This document shows, in pieces, positions 33,838-44,872 of a stretch of 64,000 bases of DNA (position 1 is the stretch's first letter; each line of letters begins with the position of its first letter). Below the pieces are notes generated by a model. The model was not told the origin of the DNA. It saw only the letters and a list, made by a program, of their open reading frames with translations, and made no database searches. Both the position numbers and the translations under genes were made by a program. Where the stretch lies: contig JANHCV010000010.1 in NCBI GenBank assembly GCA_025594325.1, positions 1,240,001 to 1,304,000 of the forward strand, read 5' to 3'. The DNA comes from Blastocladiella emersonii ATCC 22665. Taxonomy: Eukaryota; Fungi; Blastocladiomycota.

Positions 33838-34064
33838 AGGGTGAGTGATGGATGTACAGTTTGACGTTTTCACCCCGTGGATGAGTTGGTTATACATACA
33901 CTTTTCTTCCTGATCAACGGATAGTTCGGAAGGTGATCGCGAGCTCAAGCTCAGTAAGTTTCTTCAAGCAAGGGGTTCGCGACCCCTTCATCGCGCGCGG
34001 CCGATGGTAAAGCGTATCGCTCGGTCCATGGCATCATGTAGTTGGTTACGGAATAGTTTTCAGA

Positions 34065-34136
34065 GGGGCGTTGGCGCAATGGTAGCGCGTTTGACTCCAG
34101 ATCAAAAGGTTGGGTGTTCGACTCACTCACGCCTCA
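34065..34136 (+). tRNA. trnW-CCA: tRNA-Trp (CCA), intronless
   Basis: Acceptor GGGGCGT/ACGCCTC, D arm, anticodon stem TTTGA-CTCCAGA-TCAAA, TTCGA T loop, downstream oligo-T. Confidence 0.95.
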
Positions 34137-34302
34137 CTCTTTTTTCGTTTTAGCCTTTATTTTTGGCACGCTAAGCTGTCGCGATAAACGTCACAATGTT
34201 TGATTTTGAAAGCAACGGCAGGGCTAGGCGCGCACTTATTCGACACGGCAGTGCGCGAGTCGCGCGGGCACGCGGAGACTGAGGACTGACCAACCACTGG
34301 TT

Positions 34303-34602
34303 GTGTGGCACAACACGCGCACTGCACGCCTGACCGATCTCAGTCAGGTCCGCAATCGTGTCACTCTGTGCGAGGTTGTAGCTGACCTCGTGTTTCCGAC
34401 CTACAGGGCGCAGGAGCACCCGACTGGGGTATATGGACTCCGATCGTTCGCGATCGCGCTCGTGCGTCTGATCGAGCTTTCACTTCTCGCTTCAGCTGCA
34501 CGCGACCGGGCCGTTCAGATGCTCGACAAGCGGGTGGAGTCGATCGCTTTGGCCAGCACCGGCACGAGCGGCGAGGCAAGTATGTCCTCTTTGAGCATGT
34601 AG
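34303..34602 (+). pseudogene. Remnant resembling the C-terminal part of the downstream BTB protein
   Basis: LIELSLLASAARDRAVQMLDKRVESIA aligns by eye with LELPRLAAAASDRVIALLGKWVASIA. Confidence 0.5.
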
Positions 34603-34870
34603 TGCGCGTCACCAGCTGGCCACGAGTTGTCCTGTGATTTATCGAAGAATTGGGATATGTGTTGACGATCAAAATAATGGCTCATCTGATGGCTGGTGGC
34701 GATCGGAAGCCTACCTCGAGCTTCGGCTGACGCGTCGGTTACAACACGTGAGTGGCGAAGCCCGCAAGGGCCTCGCGTACGGTCGCGCCTCATTCTCGAC
34801 GAACAACACAGCATCACTATTGACCTTTAGCTAAGCGCTAGCAGGCGTCTGGCATCAGGCCGTAGTGTAA

Positions 34871-35128
34871 ATGGCTGGAACGGCGGCGATAATGATTAGA
34901 GAAGTGACGAGCACGTGGCCACGATGCATGCATACCCTGCGTGACCCGCACTTCGTCAATGCTATCATCGTGTTCATCAAGCGAAAGGCAGACCAGGCTT
35001 TCGCTCTCTCCCGGACCTTGACAAAAGGTGGACGCCTCATATTCTGCTTGCCGTCGTCCGTCGCGCACACATCCTCAGCGTCCACGAACGTTTCGCCTGC
35101 TCCACCATGTCGTACCCGTTACGTATGA
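34871..35128 (+). pseudogene. Possible BTB N-terminal remnant
   Basis: TLRDPHFVNAIIVF versus TLNDPQLCDVVFNV; weak. Confidence 0.35.
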
Positions 35129-35147
35129 ACACGCATTTTTGACGAAG

Positions 35148-35638
35148 ATGCAAGAGCGATATCTGATACAGTTGCCTCGCGAACAACAGATTACCTTCTC
35201 GTCCGCGGTCCGCCATAACGGGCCACCCGTGGGCTTCACCTTTTTCGCGAACCGAATGGATGTTGAGCGTCACAAGGCCGCCGCGTTCCAGACTGCCACG
35301 ACAAGCCTGCCGGCACAGCTCGGTGCGAGGTCCTTTGCGCTATTTGTGTCACGCCGGCACACTAGCAGCACCGTCAAGGCCAACTTGGACGTCGGGCTGA
35401 TTCTGCTGCCAATCGTCGGTGCGCGAACCGCGGTCTCGCTTCGGTTCTGCATAACGTGCACTTCGTGCGACGGCAAGCAGACGAACGACTACGGCATCGC
35501 TGCAGAAAACGCTGGGGAGCAGTCACGGACGCTTGTGCCCTAGGTCTACTCGTTTTGGGGGTGGCCTGGAAAACTTGCACTCGTTCACTGTCACATTCGA
35601 GCGGGTGGTCGCCTTTCATCCGCGACTCGTCCGCGACC
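35148..35638 (+). pseudogene. Degenerate MATH-like segment upstream of the BTB ORF
   Basis: Beta-strand-like ITFSSAV..GFTFFAN, SFALFVS, VKANLDVGLI; after a TAG at 35541 the same frame gives FWGWPG..LVHCHI; out of frame with the BTB. Confidence 0.35.
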
Positions 35639-36139
35639 ATGTCCAACCTGACACGCACCCTCAACGATCCCCAGCTTTGCGACGTTGTGTTCAACGTGGG
35701 CGTAGAAGGAACCGAGATCCGTGTTTCTCGCGTAGTGTTCGCTTCCGTGTCGCCCTTCCTCAACCGCATTTTCTCGGGCAACTGGCGCGAGTCCAACCAT
35801 CCCATCGCGCTGACAACATGGCACCCGGCGGCCTTTGGGATCGCACTCCTTCACCTCTACTGCGGGTGGACCCCGCGCGAGCAGCTCCCGGAGGGGCTGA
35901 ACAATTTGACCGAGTCGCTCAACCTCGACCTCGAAGCCGTGGCCCTGCACACATGGATCAACCTCGTTGAACTGTGTGAAATGCTCGAGCTGCCGCGTCT
36001 TGCCGCGGCAGCAAGCGATAGGGTGATTGCGCTGCTCGGCAAGTGGGTCGCTTCAATTGCAGGGTCAAGTGTCAACGAGGAACCGCGCAGTAGCGTGGAC
36101 CGGACGCAGGAGTGGCTCGAGTCGAAGGGTATTCGTTAA
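35639..36139 (+). CDS. BTB/POZ domain protein (166 aa)
   Basis: DPQLCDVVFNVG...RVVFASVSPFLNRIFSGNWRES..PIAL....PAAF...LLHLYCG is a BTB signature; intronless. Confidence 0.85.
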   Translation: MSNLTRTLNDPQLCDVVFNVGVEGTEIRVSRVVFASVSPFLNRIFSGNWRESNHPIALTTWHPAAFGIALLHLYCGWTPREQLPEGLNNLTESLNLDLEAVALHTWINLVELCEMLELPRLAAAASDRVIALLGKWVASIAGSSVNEEPRSSVDRTQEWLESKGIR

Positions 36140-36543
36140 TATCAGCGCGGTTGGTTTCACCTTTATTTATCTATTTTTATGTTTACTGCCAAATTCATCT
36201 CCCTATCACCGCGTGCGAGTGCGGCCGAGGACGCGGTGGTCATGGCACGTGAGTGGCGGAGCGCGGACTTGTTGGCCCGAAGATATGGCTGGTTTATGCA
36301 AGCGTGTCACGGACCACATCCCACAATGTAAAACGCTGTCGAGTGGCCCCAACGCTGCGCTCATTTGTACAGTTTTGCGCCGTGCGCCATGTGAAGCCAG
36401 CGCAAACTTGCGACCAGTATTGGACTAACGCTCGGCCCGCTGCTCAACGCATTTCTCCGAGTTGAGAGTGCCCAATGACCGACGCTACTCCAAAAGCTCT
36501 ATATTCACCATCATCACCATCACCATCATCGCTAACCCGTACG

Positions 36544-37503
36544 CTACGCCTTCTCGGTCAGCGTGACAATCAGCTCGCGGAGGGGCTCAAGCTCCTTCTT
36601 GTCGATGAGGTGGAACTCCTGGACAAAGAAGATAAAGTGCTTGAAGGAGGTGTTGAGGTGGGCCTCCTCGCCGAGCGAGACGATGCGCGGGAAGTGCGAG
36701 TGGTAGATGTGGGCGTAGACGCGGAACAGGCGCTTGAAGATGGTGGAGACCGTCGACTTGAAGTTTTTCGGGAACGGCGCGCCTGTGAGATGAGTCCGCC
36801 GGGTTAGTGCGCGTGAGGGCGGTGGTGAGTGTGGGTGGGGTGGGGGCGCGAGTACCGATCTTGCTCGGGAACACGGCCTCGTCCTCGAACTGCGATTGCA
36901 CCCACGTCTAGATGGACGCGTGGTCAAGTGTCAGCGGCGTCGACTCGCACACAGGCGTGTTCGCGTACCATGAGGTAGTCGACGTACTCGGGCGCCGACA
37001 CCTTGACGGGCTTCTTGAACTGGACGCCGTCGCACCAGTGGTACTCGTATCTGAGCGTGCGGGGCGGTCAGCGGCATACGTACAACACGCTCCTCGTCGC
37101 AGCGTACTTTGGCCCAGCCGTCATGATCGGGCAGTCCTGCGGGCTGCACCACTCGGAGATGGTGCCGTACAGCATGTTGATCTGGTTGAAGAAGTCGACG
37201 GCTACACATCCCGTAAACGTCAGCCCACGACCGTGAACACAGTCCCGGTCAACGCACTGTTCACGGCGAGCCACTCGTTCTCGTCCTCGCCGTCGGGCAG
37301 GACGACGGCGAGGCGCAGGTTGCCGGACCCGAGCGTGGCCTCGGCATACTTTTTCAGCTGGTGCTGCTTGGTGCCCTCGGGGATGTTCTTCTTGGGCTTG
37401 AACGTCTTGTTCTTGTTCCTTGAGACGCGCACGCGGGCGTCAGGTCATTGCGCGCGGATCGGCGAGCGGCGCACGGCGCGGCGTACAGGCCGAGAAAGTT
37501 CAT
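36544..37503 (-). CDS. MOB1: MOB kinase activator Mob1 (multi-exon)
   Basis: [69 protein letters not shown]. Confidence 0.97.
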
Positions 37504-37721
37504 GGTGTCGGGTCCGTTGCAGCAGCTGAATCCATGGGCGCCTCCGCGCGGTCCGATCGTGAGGAGGAGGGGGGGGGGAGAGCAGGGGCCCTTTCGGCCG
37601 GCGAGATGGTCGACGCGTCGCGCCGCCTCGCGCGTGTCTCGCCACCCGCCACGCTGCATCACATGCCCGCGTCTCCACCCTCTTTCTGCTTCCCCACCAC
37701 CACCCACGAAGACTCGATGCA

Positions 37722-38676
37722 ATGAACACAGACCACGCAAGCACCCTCGTGTCCCGCCTCCCGCTGCGCGAGGGCCTCGAGTCCAAGAGCTCGGCGGCGC
37801 GCCGGTTCGACGCGCACCAGGTGAGCCACGCGACGCGGCGCACCGCCGACCTCGCGCGCCGGTCCACCGTGCAGAAGAACCGCGAGCAGACACAGAGGGT
37901 GCAGTCTGCGCCGGTCCTGTCGACGGCGGCCCGCGCCGAGGCGAGGTGGCGGAGCAGCAGCAGCCAGACGTTGTCGGCGTCGTCAGCGGTCGAGTCGGTC
38001 CTAGACCGTCAAGTACGGCTGCATGGAATGCCGTCATGGACGCGACGCTAACGCATCCAGCACAGGAAAACGACCGCGAGCACCGCGCAACCGTGTCCCG
38101 CGCGCGCGCCGAGGCGAGGGAGCGCGAGCGGCAGCTGGTGCGCCTGCGCCGGCGGCAGGCCGACACGCGCGCCGAGCTGCACGGGTTCGAGCTGCGCCAG
38201 CGGTGGCGCGACGAGCGGGTACGCCTCTCACTGCCGTTCCCTCCCTGCACACCAACTGACCCTTCATGTAGATCCTTGACGCGCTACTAAAAGAGTCCGC
38301 CGCGCGGCAACGCCTCGCCGAGTCCGACGCACGGCGCCTCGCCCACGACCGCGAAGCGCAGCGTCGGCGCGACGCCGAGAAACGTGCCGCGGCGCGCGCG
38401 CACTACGTGGCCGACCAGCTGCGTCTGCTCGAGGAAGAGCTCGAGCGCGTGCGCCTCGACGAGGAAGTGGCGCGCAAGGCGCGCGCGGCGGACGAGCGGC
38501 GGCGCGTGCGCGAGGAAAAGGAGGCGATCCGGCGGCAGCTCGCGGGGATCAAGGACCGGCTGCGCGCCGAGGAGGAGGCGGACCGCGACCGCGTCGAGGC
38601 GACCGTCGAGCGTGCGAGGGGGCGGATTCAGGCGGTCGCGCTGGTGCGAGGCGAGCGGAGGGCGGTCGCGAGGTAG
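37722..38676 (+). CDS. Arg/Glu-rich coiled-coil protein (about 3 exons), divergent from MOB1
   Basis: Canonical introns near 38010-38064 and 38220-38271 join E/R/A-rich frames. Confidence 0.5.
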
Positions 38677-38757
38677 ACTGGGGAGGGGAGATATATTACA
38701 GCACGGCACTTGGGAATGGAATGGATGGACAGACGGATAGTAGTTCTTCTTTGCGAC

Positions 38758-41133
38758 TCAACGCAGGAGGGACGAGGGAGGAGGGGCGGGCGCGGTGAGC
38801 CCGCCGCCCGCAACGGCTGGCTTGCACGGGGCGACTGACACCACGTCGGCGGCCTCGACCACCGCGTCCAGGATCTGGTTGACGGGCGCAACGGCGACAT
38901 CCGGCCGAACCTCGTCGTCGACGTGCCCCGCCGGCGGCGCGTCGCCCACGACGTTCTTGCGCGCCTTGTGCCCCTTCGACTTCTTCTTCTTGTCGCGCTT
39001 CTCTTCGTCGCCCTCAACCACGGGCGGCGCGACCCACCCGTTGGGCGGCTCCCACGGCGTGAACCCGACGGCGGCGTCGGTGGTGGCGACGAGCGTCTCG
39101 TGGGACTCGGGCCCCTTTCCGGAAAACACGACGCGCAGGCCGCCCGCGCCTGCCAGGTAGATGCGGCCGCGCGGCGTGCAGACCACGGGGATCTGCAGGG
39201 CGTACCGGAGCGACTTGGCGGGGACGTGCTGTTTCGGGGACGACGCGGCGGGCAGCATGTCCGGGTCCTTCCCACCGCTGCCAGCGGCGCTGGCGACGGG
39301 CACCGCGTACTGCTTATGTCGGAGCACCGTCTTGGTCCCGCGGGGCATCCCCGACAGGTCGTACGGGACGAGGAACACCTTGAGCGCGGTGCGGTGCGGG
39401 TTCTTGATCACCACCTGCAGCTGGCCGCGCGCCGGGACGCGGTACCCGCCGGGCACGCCCTCGCGGGAGGTGGACGAAGAGGCGAGGTCGCGGTCGCTGC
39501 CGCGCGTGGCGGCGGAGGGGGAGGTGGGCAGCGTGTCGAGGTCAATCACGCCGACGTACGGCGACCACGCGGGCGACGCGCCCGTGGGCGAGCCGGAGAC
39601 GGGGAGGGTGCGGGTCGCAGCGGGCTGCGGCGACGAGGACGGGGAGGCGATGGGCGAGTCGGTTGCTGTCGCGGCCCACCAGCCCGTCGCAGGGCGCGGC
39701 GAGACGGCCGAGGCCATGGGAGACGCGCGCCACCACGGTGCAGCCGTCGTCGATGTCGGCGGCGAGTTGAGCACCCCCGTCGGCGGGGACGACGGCGACC
39801 CGGTCCCCGCCACGGGCTCGGCGTTGTTGGCGGCGAGGTCGTAGTAGTGGGCGGAAAAGTCGACCGAGACGTGCGGCGGGCACCGCAGCGCCGACTTGCA
39901 CTTGCCGAGGCCCATGACGCCGAGCGTGGCGGAGAAGACGATCGGGTTCGACGGGCGGACCGACAGGCGGCCGGACAGGAGCGATTCCTGTTCGGGGGAC
40001 GTTAGCACTGGTCGTGAAGTGACCTAGCCAAGTGTACGGACCTCGTAGCTCCCAACAAACTTGGACGGCGACGCCGACGCGACCCCGCTCGCACGGCGCC
40101 CCGACGGCGTACGCGCGAGACCCGGCTCCGGGTTCGGGACCAGCGGCCCATCGAGCGGCGCCGCCGTGGACTCACCCAGGTCCTCGTCTGAACTACTCGG
40201 CGAAAGCGACGAGCTCGACGCGGCGCGGATCACGCGCCCGATACGCAGGAGCGACGGGCGGCGGCGCGGCGGGGACGCGGGGCTCGGCGCGCACCCGACG
40301 AGCGAGCCGAGGCGGAGCGGCGCCGCGCGCTGCTGCTGTTGGGGGGACTCGATGCCGCGCGTCACGACCTCGAGTTTGGGCGGCGAGGACGAGTCGGCGA
40401 AGCGCGGCGGCGGGGACGGCGGCATAGGTGGCGGGACGACGACGGTCGCGGCGGCGGCGGCGGCAGCGCGCACGCGGTCGTCGTGCAGGCGCGTGTACCG
40501 GAACGGATCGCGGTTCTCGGGCGACGCGAGCATCGGGGCGGCGGCGGCGAACGGGATTCCGCGGCCGCTGCGGGTCAGGCCCGCCTCTTCATCCTCCTCC
40601 TCCTCGGGTTCGTCACGGAACGAAACCGGCGAGGACGCGATCGGGATAGGTATCGACGGCGACCGCGGGGGCAGCGGTACAAGCGCATCACCTAGCAGTG
40701 GGCCGTCGATGGCGGCACACAGCGGCGACGGCAGCGGGGACGCGCGCAGGCGCGGCGACCCGATGGGGCTCGAGACCGGACTCACCCGAGGGCTGACCTG
40801 GACGAGGTGCGCCTGGGCGAGGATGGTCGACGAAGCCGAGGGTGTCGCGCTGCCGCTGTCGAGCGCCCACACCGAGTACGGCAGGCCCGGCGAGCCCGGC
40901 GGCGTGGTGGACGAGGCGGACAGACCGCCGCTGCCGCCGAGCTGCACGGCCGATTTGCGGCGCAGCAGGTGGGCGGGCGCGGCGAGATCGAGCGGCGGCG
41001 GCAGGCATGGTGAGGCGGTAGTGGTGGGAGGAGAAGGGGCGGCGGTCAAGGGCGAGTGCACGCAGGCCGCGGCGGGGGCCAGCGGGGCCGGCGACGAGGC
41101 GGCGGACCGCGAGCCGCCTTGGATGACGGGCAT
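38758..41133 (-). CDS. ATOSA: ATOS/FAM214 (DUF4210/Chromosome_seg) family protein (intron 39988..40041)
   Basis: FVGSYE|ESLLSGRLS, LGKCKSALRCPPH, SPYVGVIDL, YRVPARGQLQVVIKNP, VFLVPYDLSGMP. Confidence 0.85.
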
Positions 41134-41662
41134 GGTGGTGGTGGTTGATTCGTAGGGTGATTGGTAGGGGAGAGAGGGAGAGAGGGGAGACAAAGGCGCG
41201 TTGGCGACGAAGTCGAGGACCCGGCGGGACCCGGCGGCGGCAGTCGAGCAGGAAAGCCACGGGCGGCCCCGGTCGGTTCGAATGCGATGCCGTCGTCGGC
41301 CGACGGACAGACTGGACGGGTGGGCGGTCAAGCGGGCGAGCACGAAGGGGTTGCAGCGAGTCCGTGGCGGAGAGGAGCGAGATTCATGGGGTCGGTGCAA
41401 CGGCGGCGAGGAGAGCGCGATGCGATGTTCGCTCGGTCGTTCTTGTTCTGCCTCGCACCTGCGCCGACGCCGTGGTGCCGCCGGTCCAGCCATCGATGGC
41501 TCTCCCACGCCCACGCGCGCGCGGCATCGCTCGCGGTGATGGCGCGCGGCTCACGTGGCGGTCGAGTCTGCGTGGGGAAGGGGGTGGCGAAGGCGAAGCC
41601 GTGGTGGCGCAGCAGCAGCAACAGCAGCGAGGAGATGGTATATACACGGCACGGCGGAAGAA

Positions 41663-42429
41663 TCACACGAGGACAAAGACGATGAGCAGGACGAGGACAA
41701 TGGTGAGGATGACGATGAGCCAGGTGGCCTTGGTGTCCTCGCTGGCCTTGAGGATCACGTCGAGTTTCCGCAGGGTGCCGCGCAGCTTGTCCTGCGTCGT
41801 GTCGACCTCGTTCTCCATGTCGGCCATGAGACCGATCTGGTCCTCGATCTCGTCGCCCATGGTGATGGCGATCTCCTTGAGCGTGGTGGCCGTGTTCATG
41901 ACCGCGTCGAGCTGCTGGTCCTGCTGCCGCATCATGAGCGCCTGCTTGCCCGTCTCGTCCTCGATGAACTGCTGGTTGTTCTTGACGGCTGGGTTCCCCA
42001 AAGAAGGGCCAACGCGGCTGCTGCTCGGCCCACCGCCCAGCAGCGCCGACCGCGCCTGCTGCTCGCCGCGCGCGAGCCCCGCCGTGATCGTGTCTTGCAG
42101 GTCCTAGATTACCCCCAAAGATGAGCCCATAGTTCCGGAGTCGCCCATCCAACCAGACGAACCCGCAGAGTGCTCTGCGCACTCGACACAAACATGCGTC
42201 GGGCCTGGACCTCGGCGAGCGTGAGGCGGAACCGCGCGGGGTCGCGCTCGACGACGGCGACCGTCTCGGCGAGGTCCTGGATGTCGGCGGCGATGGTGCC
42301 GAGCGCAGACCGCGCGCGCCGCGCCGCCTCGGGCGAGTAGCCCGACGCCGGCCACGCGGCCAGCTGGTGCCGGACCTGCGCCAGGCCCTCGGTCACGGAG
42401 CTCTTGACTTCGTCGAACGGGTCTTGCAT
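41663..42429 (-). CDS. TLG1: Syntaxin-6/Tlg1 Qc-SNARE (intron 42104..42162)
   Basis: MQDPFDEVK N-terminal Habc, QQDQQLD SNARE motif, C-terminal TM anchor. Confidence 0.92.
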
Positions 42430-42890
42430 TGCGTCAAGTCTTTTGGAGAGCGGGCATGGGGTGCGGCGGCCGATGGGTTGCAAGGCAGAGGCGGAGCGCA
42501 GCGGACCGACCGGCGCGCCGCCGCCACCTGGGCACGCGTGGCGCCGCTGTCACGCCATGCATTCCATCCCGATGGCTACGGGGATAGGCCGGGTCACGTC
42601 ACGCGGAGGCGCGTCTCCGCTTCGGATCACCCTCCCACGTTGCCGCTGCCCGCCGCCATCGCGCCGCCGTTGCCGCCGTTGCCGCCAAGAGGGCCGCGCC
42701 GCTCACCTCACAGAGTTCCGCCGCCTGGCTGCCGCGACTCCCGAGATCCCCTTGCGCGCGCTCTCTCTCTCTCCTGCTCCGCGCCGATCGCCGAATTCGC
42801 GCATCATCACTCTCTCCCATGTAAGCTTCCTCGCACGCACAGCGGCGACTACGCCACCTATCCCATCTCACCCTCCCACCCCACCATAGC

Positions 42891-44621
42891 ATGGCGTCGC
42901 TCATCGACTCGCACACGGTCGAGGCGGCGTTCGCGCGCGTGTCGCAGGCGTGGGACGCGGCCGAGGGCCTGGCGTCGGTGATCCCCGGGTCGCAGGTCGT
43001 GAGCCGGTACATCCGCAACAGCTACCAGAACGACCCGGCGCGCGTCGTGCTCGAGCTGTTCCTCTTCTTCTACGCGCTCAAGTACCTGCTGTCGAAGCGG
43101 TACGCCCCGGGCAAGGCCGACGCGGTGCGCCTGAGCGACCGCGAGATCGACGAGCTCGTCGACGAGTGGGTCCCCGAGCCGCTCGTCCCCGGCGAGACCG
43201 ACGCCGAGGCGCTGCAGAAGAACCTCGACGAGGTCAACTCGATCCCCGTCTTCGCCACCGCCTCGGGCACCAAGGTCAAGGTCGAGGGGTCCAACAAGAC
43301 GCTGACCAACCTCGCCTCGCTCGACGTGTTTGCGCTCGCCAACTCGGACCGCATCAAGGACAAGGCCCTGCTCGCGCTGCGCAAGTACGGCGTCGGCGCC
43401 TGCAACCCGCCCGGGTTCTACGGCACCATGGACGTGCACATGCAGCTCGAGCGCGACATTGCCCAGTTTCTGGGCGCCGACCACGCCATCCTGTACGCGC
43501 AGGGGTTCTCGGCCATCGCCTCGGTGATCCCGGCCTTCTCCAAGCGCGGCGACCTGATCGTCGTCGACGAGGGCGTGTCTTTCGCCGTGCAGAAAGGGTT
43601 CCAGATCTCGCGGTCCAAGCTCGTCTTCTTCAAGCACAACGACATGCACGACCTCGAGCACAAGCTCGCCACCATCGCCGCCGAGGACAAGCGCCTCAAG
43701 CGCGGCCTGTACCGCAAGTTCATCCTGGTCGAGGGCCTGTACGCCAACTACGGCGACCTCGCGCCGCTGCCCAAACTCCTCGAGCTCAAGGACCGCTACA
43801 AGTACCGCCTGATCGTCGAGGAGACGCACTCGTTCGGCGTGCTGGGCCCGCGCGGTCGCGGCATCACGGACCACTACGGCGTCCCCGCCTCGCGCGTCGA
43901 CATGCTCGCGGGCTCGCTCGCCACGGCCGTCGGCGCCTCGGGCGGGTTCTGCGCCGGCTCGCTCCCCGTCATCGAGCACCAGCGCCTGTCGGCGCAGTCG
44001 TACGTGTTCTCGGCCGCGCTCCCGCCCATGCTCGCCGTCGCGGCCTCCGAGGGACTCAACTATATCGCCGAGAACGCCGAGAAGGCGCTCCCCGTCCTCC
44101 GCGCCAACGTCAAGGTGATCCGCGACGCCCTCGCGGCCGTCCCCTGCTTCGACATCGCGTCCAGCCCCGACTCGCCGCTCCAGCACGTCCGCATCACCCG
44201 CGACACGCTGCCCTTCACCTTTGGGCCGTCCGACGCGGCGGATTCGGGCGACGGCAGCACGGGGCCCGCGCCCACGTCGCCGCCGCGGTCCGGCGTCCTG
44301 TCGCTCCTCGGCGGCGGGTCGCGCGCGCCGGCCCCGCGGCCCAAGCCCGTCGTCGCTTCTCGTAAGGCGGCGGACCCCGAAGCCGCGCGCGCCGAGGCCG
44401 AGGCCAAGTTCCTCCAGGATATCGTCAAGGAGTGCATGGACGGCGGCGTGCTCGTGACCCGCGCAAAGTACAACGCCGAGCAGGAGTACCGGTGCCCCCG
44501 GCCGTCGCTCAAGATCATCGTCCCCGCGGACCTCACGCGCAAGGAGGCCGAGCAGATTGGCAAGGTCGTCAAGGCCGCGGCGACGAAGGTGATCCAGGCG
44601 TGGGCTAAGGCGCGCAAGTGA
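42891..44621 (+). CDS. LCB1: Serine palmitoyltransferase subunit LCB1/SPTLC1
   Basis: N-terminal TM, KYGVGACNPPGFYGTMDVH, FKHNDM, VEGLY, YVFSAALPP; no PLP-binding Lys as expected for LCB1. Confidence 0.95.
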   Translation: MASLIDSHTVEAAFARVSQAWDAAEGLASVIPGSQVVSRYIRNSYQNDPARVVLELFLFFYALKYLLSKRYAPGKADAVRLSDREIDELVDEWVPEPLVPGETDAEALQKNLDEVNSIPVFATASGTKVKVEGSNKTLTNLASLDVFALANSDRIKDKALLALRKYGVGACNPPGFYGTMDVHMQLERDIAQFLGADHAILYAQGFSAIASVIPAFSKRGDLIVVDEGVSFAVQKGFQISRSKLVFFKHNDMHDLEHKLATIAAEDKRLKRGLYRKFILVEGLYANYGDLAPLPKLLELKDRYKYRLIVEETHSFGVLGPRGRGITDHYGVPASRVDMLAGSLATAVGASGGFCAGSLPVIEHQRLSAQSYVFSAALPPMLAVAASEGLNYIAENAEKALPVLRANVKVIRDALAAVPCFDIASSPDSPLQHVRITRDTLPFTFGPSDAADSGDGSTGPAPTSPPRSGVLSLLGGGSRAPAPRPKPVVASRKAADPEAARAEAEAKFLQDIVKECMDGGVLVTRAKYNAEQEYRCPRPSLKIIVPADLTRKEAEQIGKVVKAAATKVIQAWAKARK

Positions 44622-44872
44622 GGTGTCGGTGTTGGTGGGTGACTGGATTGCATAACTGCTTCTTTCTTCAACGCGTGGCCGATGGCTAGGGTCAGGGGTC
44701 GGCGGTCGGTCGCGGGTGGCCGCGCGGGTGGCCGCGGATGGCGAACGCGTGCCGCGACGCGACGCGTTGCTCAACCACGCGCCCTCCTTCCATACCCCTG
44801 CTCTTCACACCCGCTTTCAAAGTCGATGAAGTCGCTCGCAACTAGATGCATCAACCCCTTACATAGCCCAGC

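Noticed and set aside
33968-33990. Hairpin AAGGGGTTCGCGACCCCTT upstream of the tRNA as an ncRNA
   Set aside because: Single short stem-loop with no supporting RNA-family features
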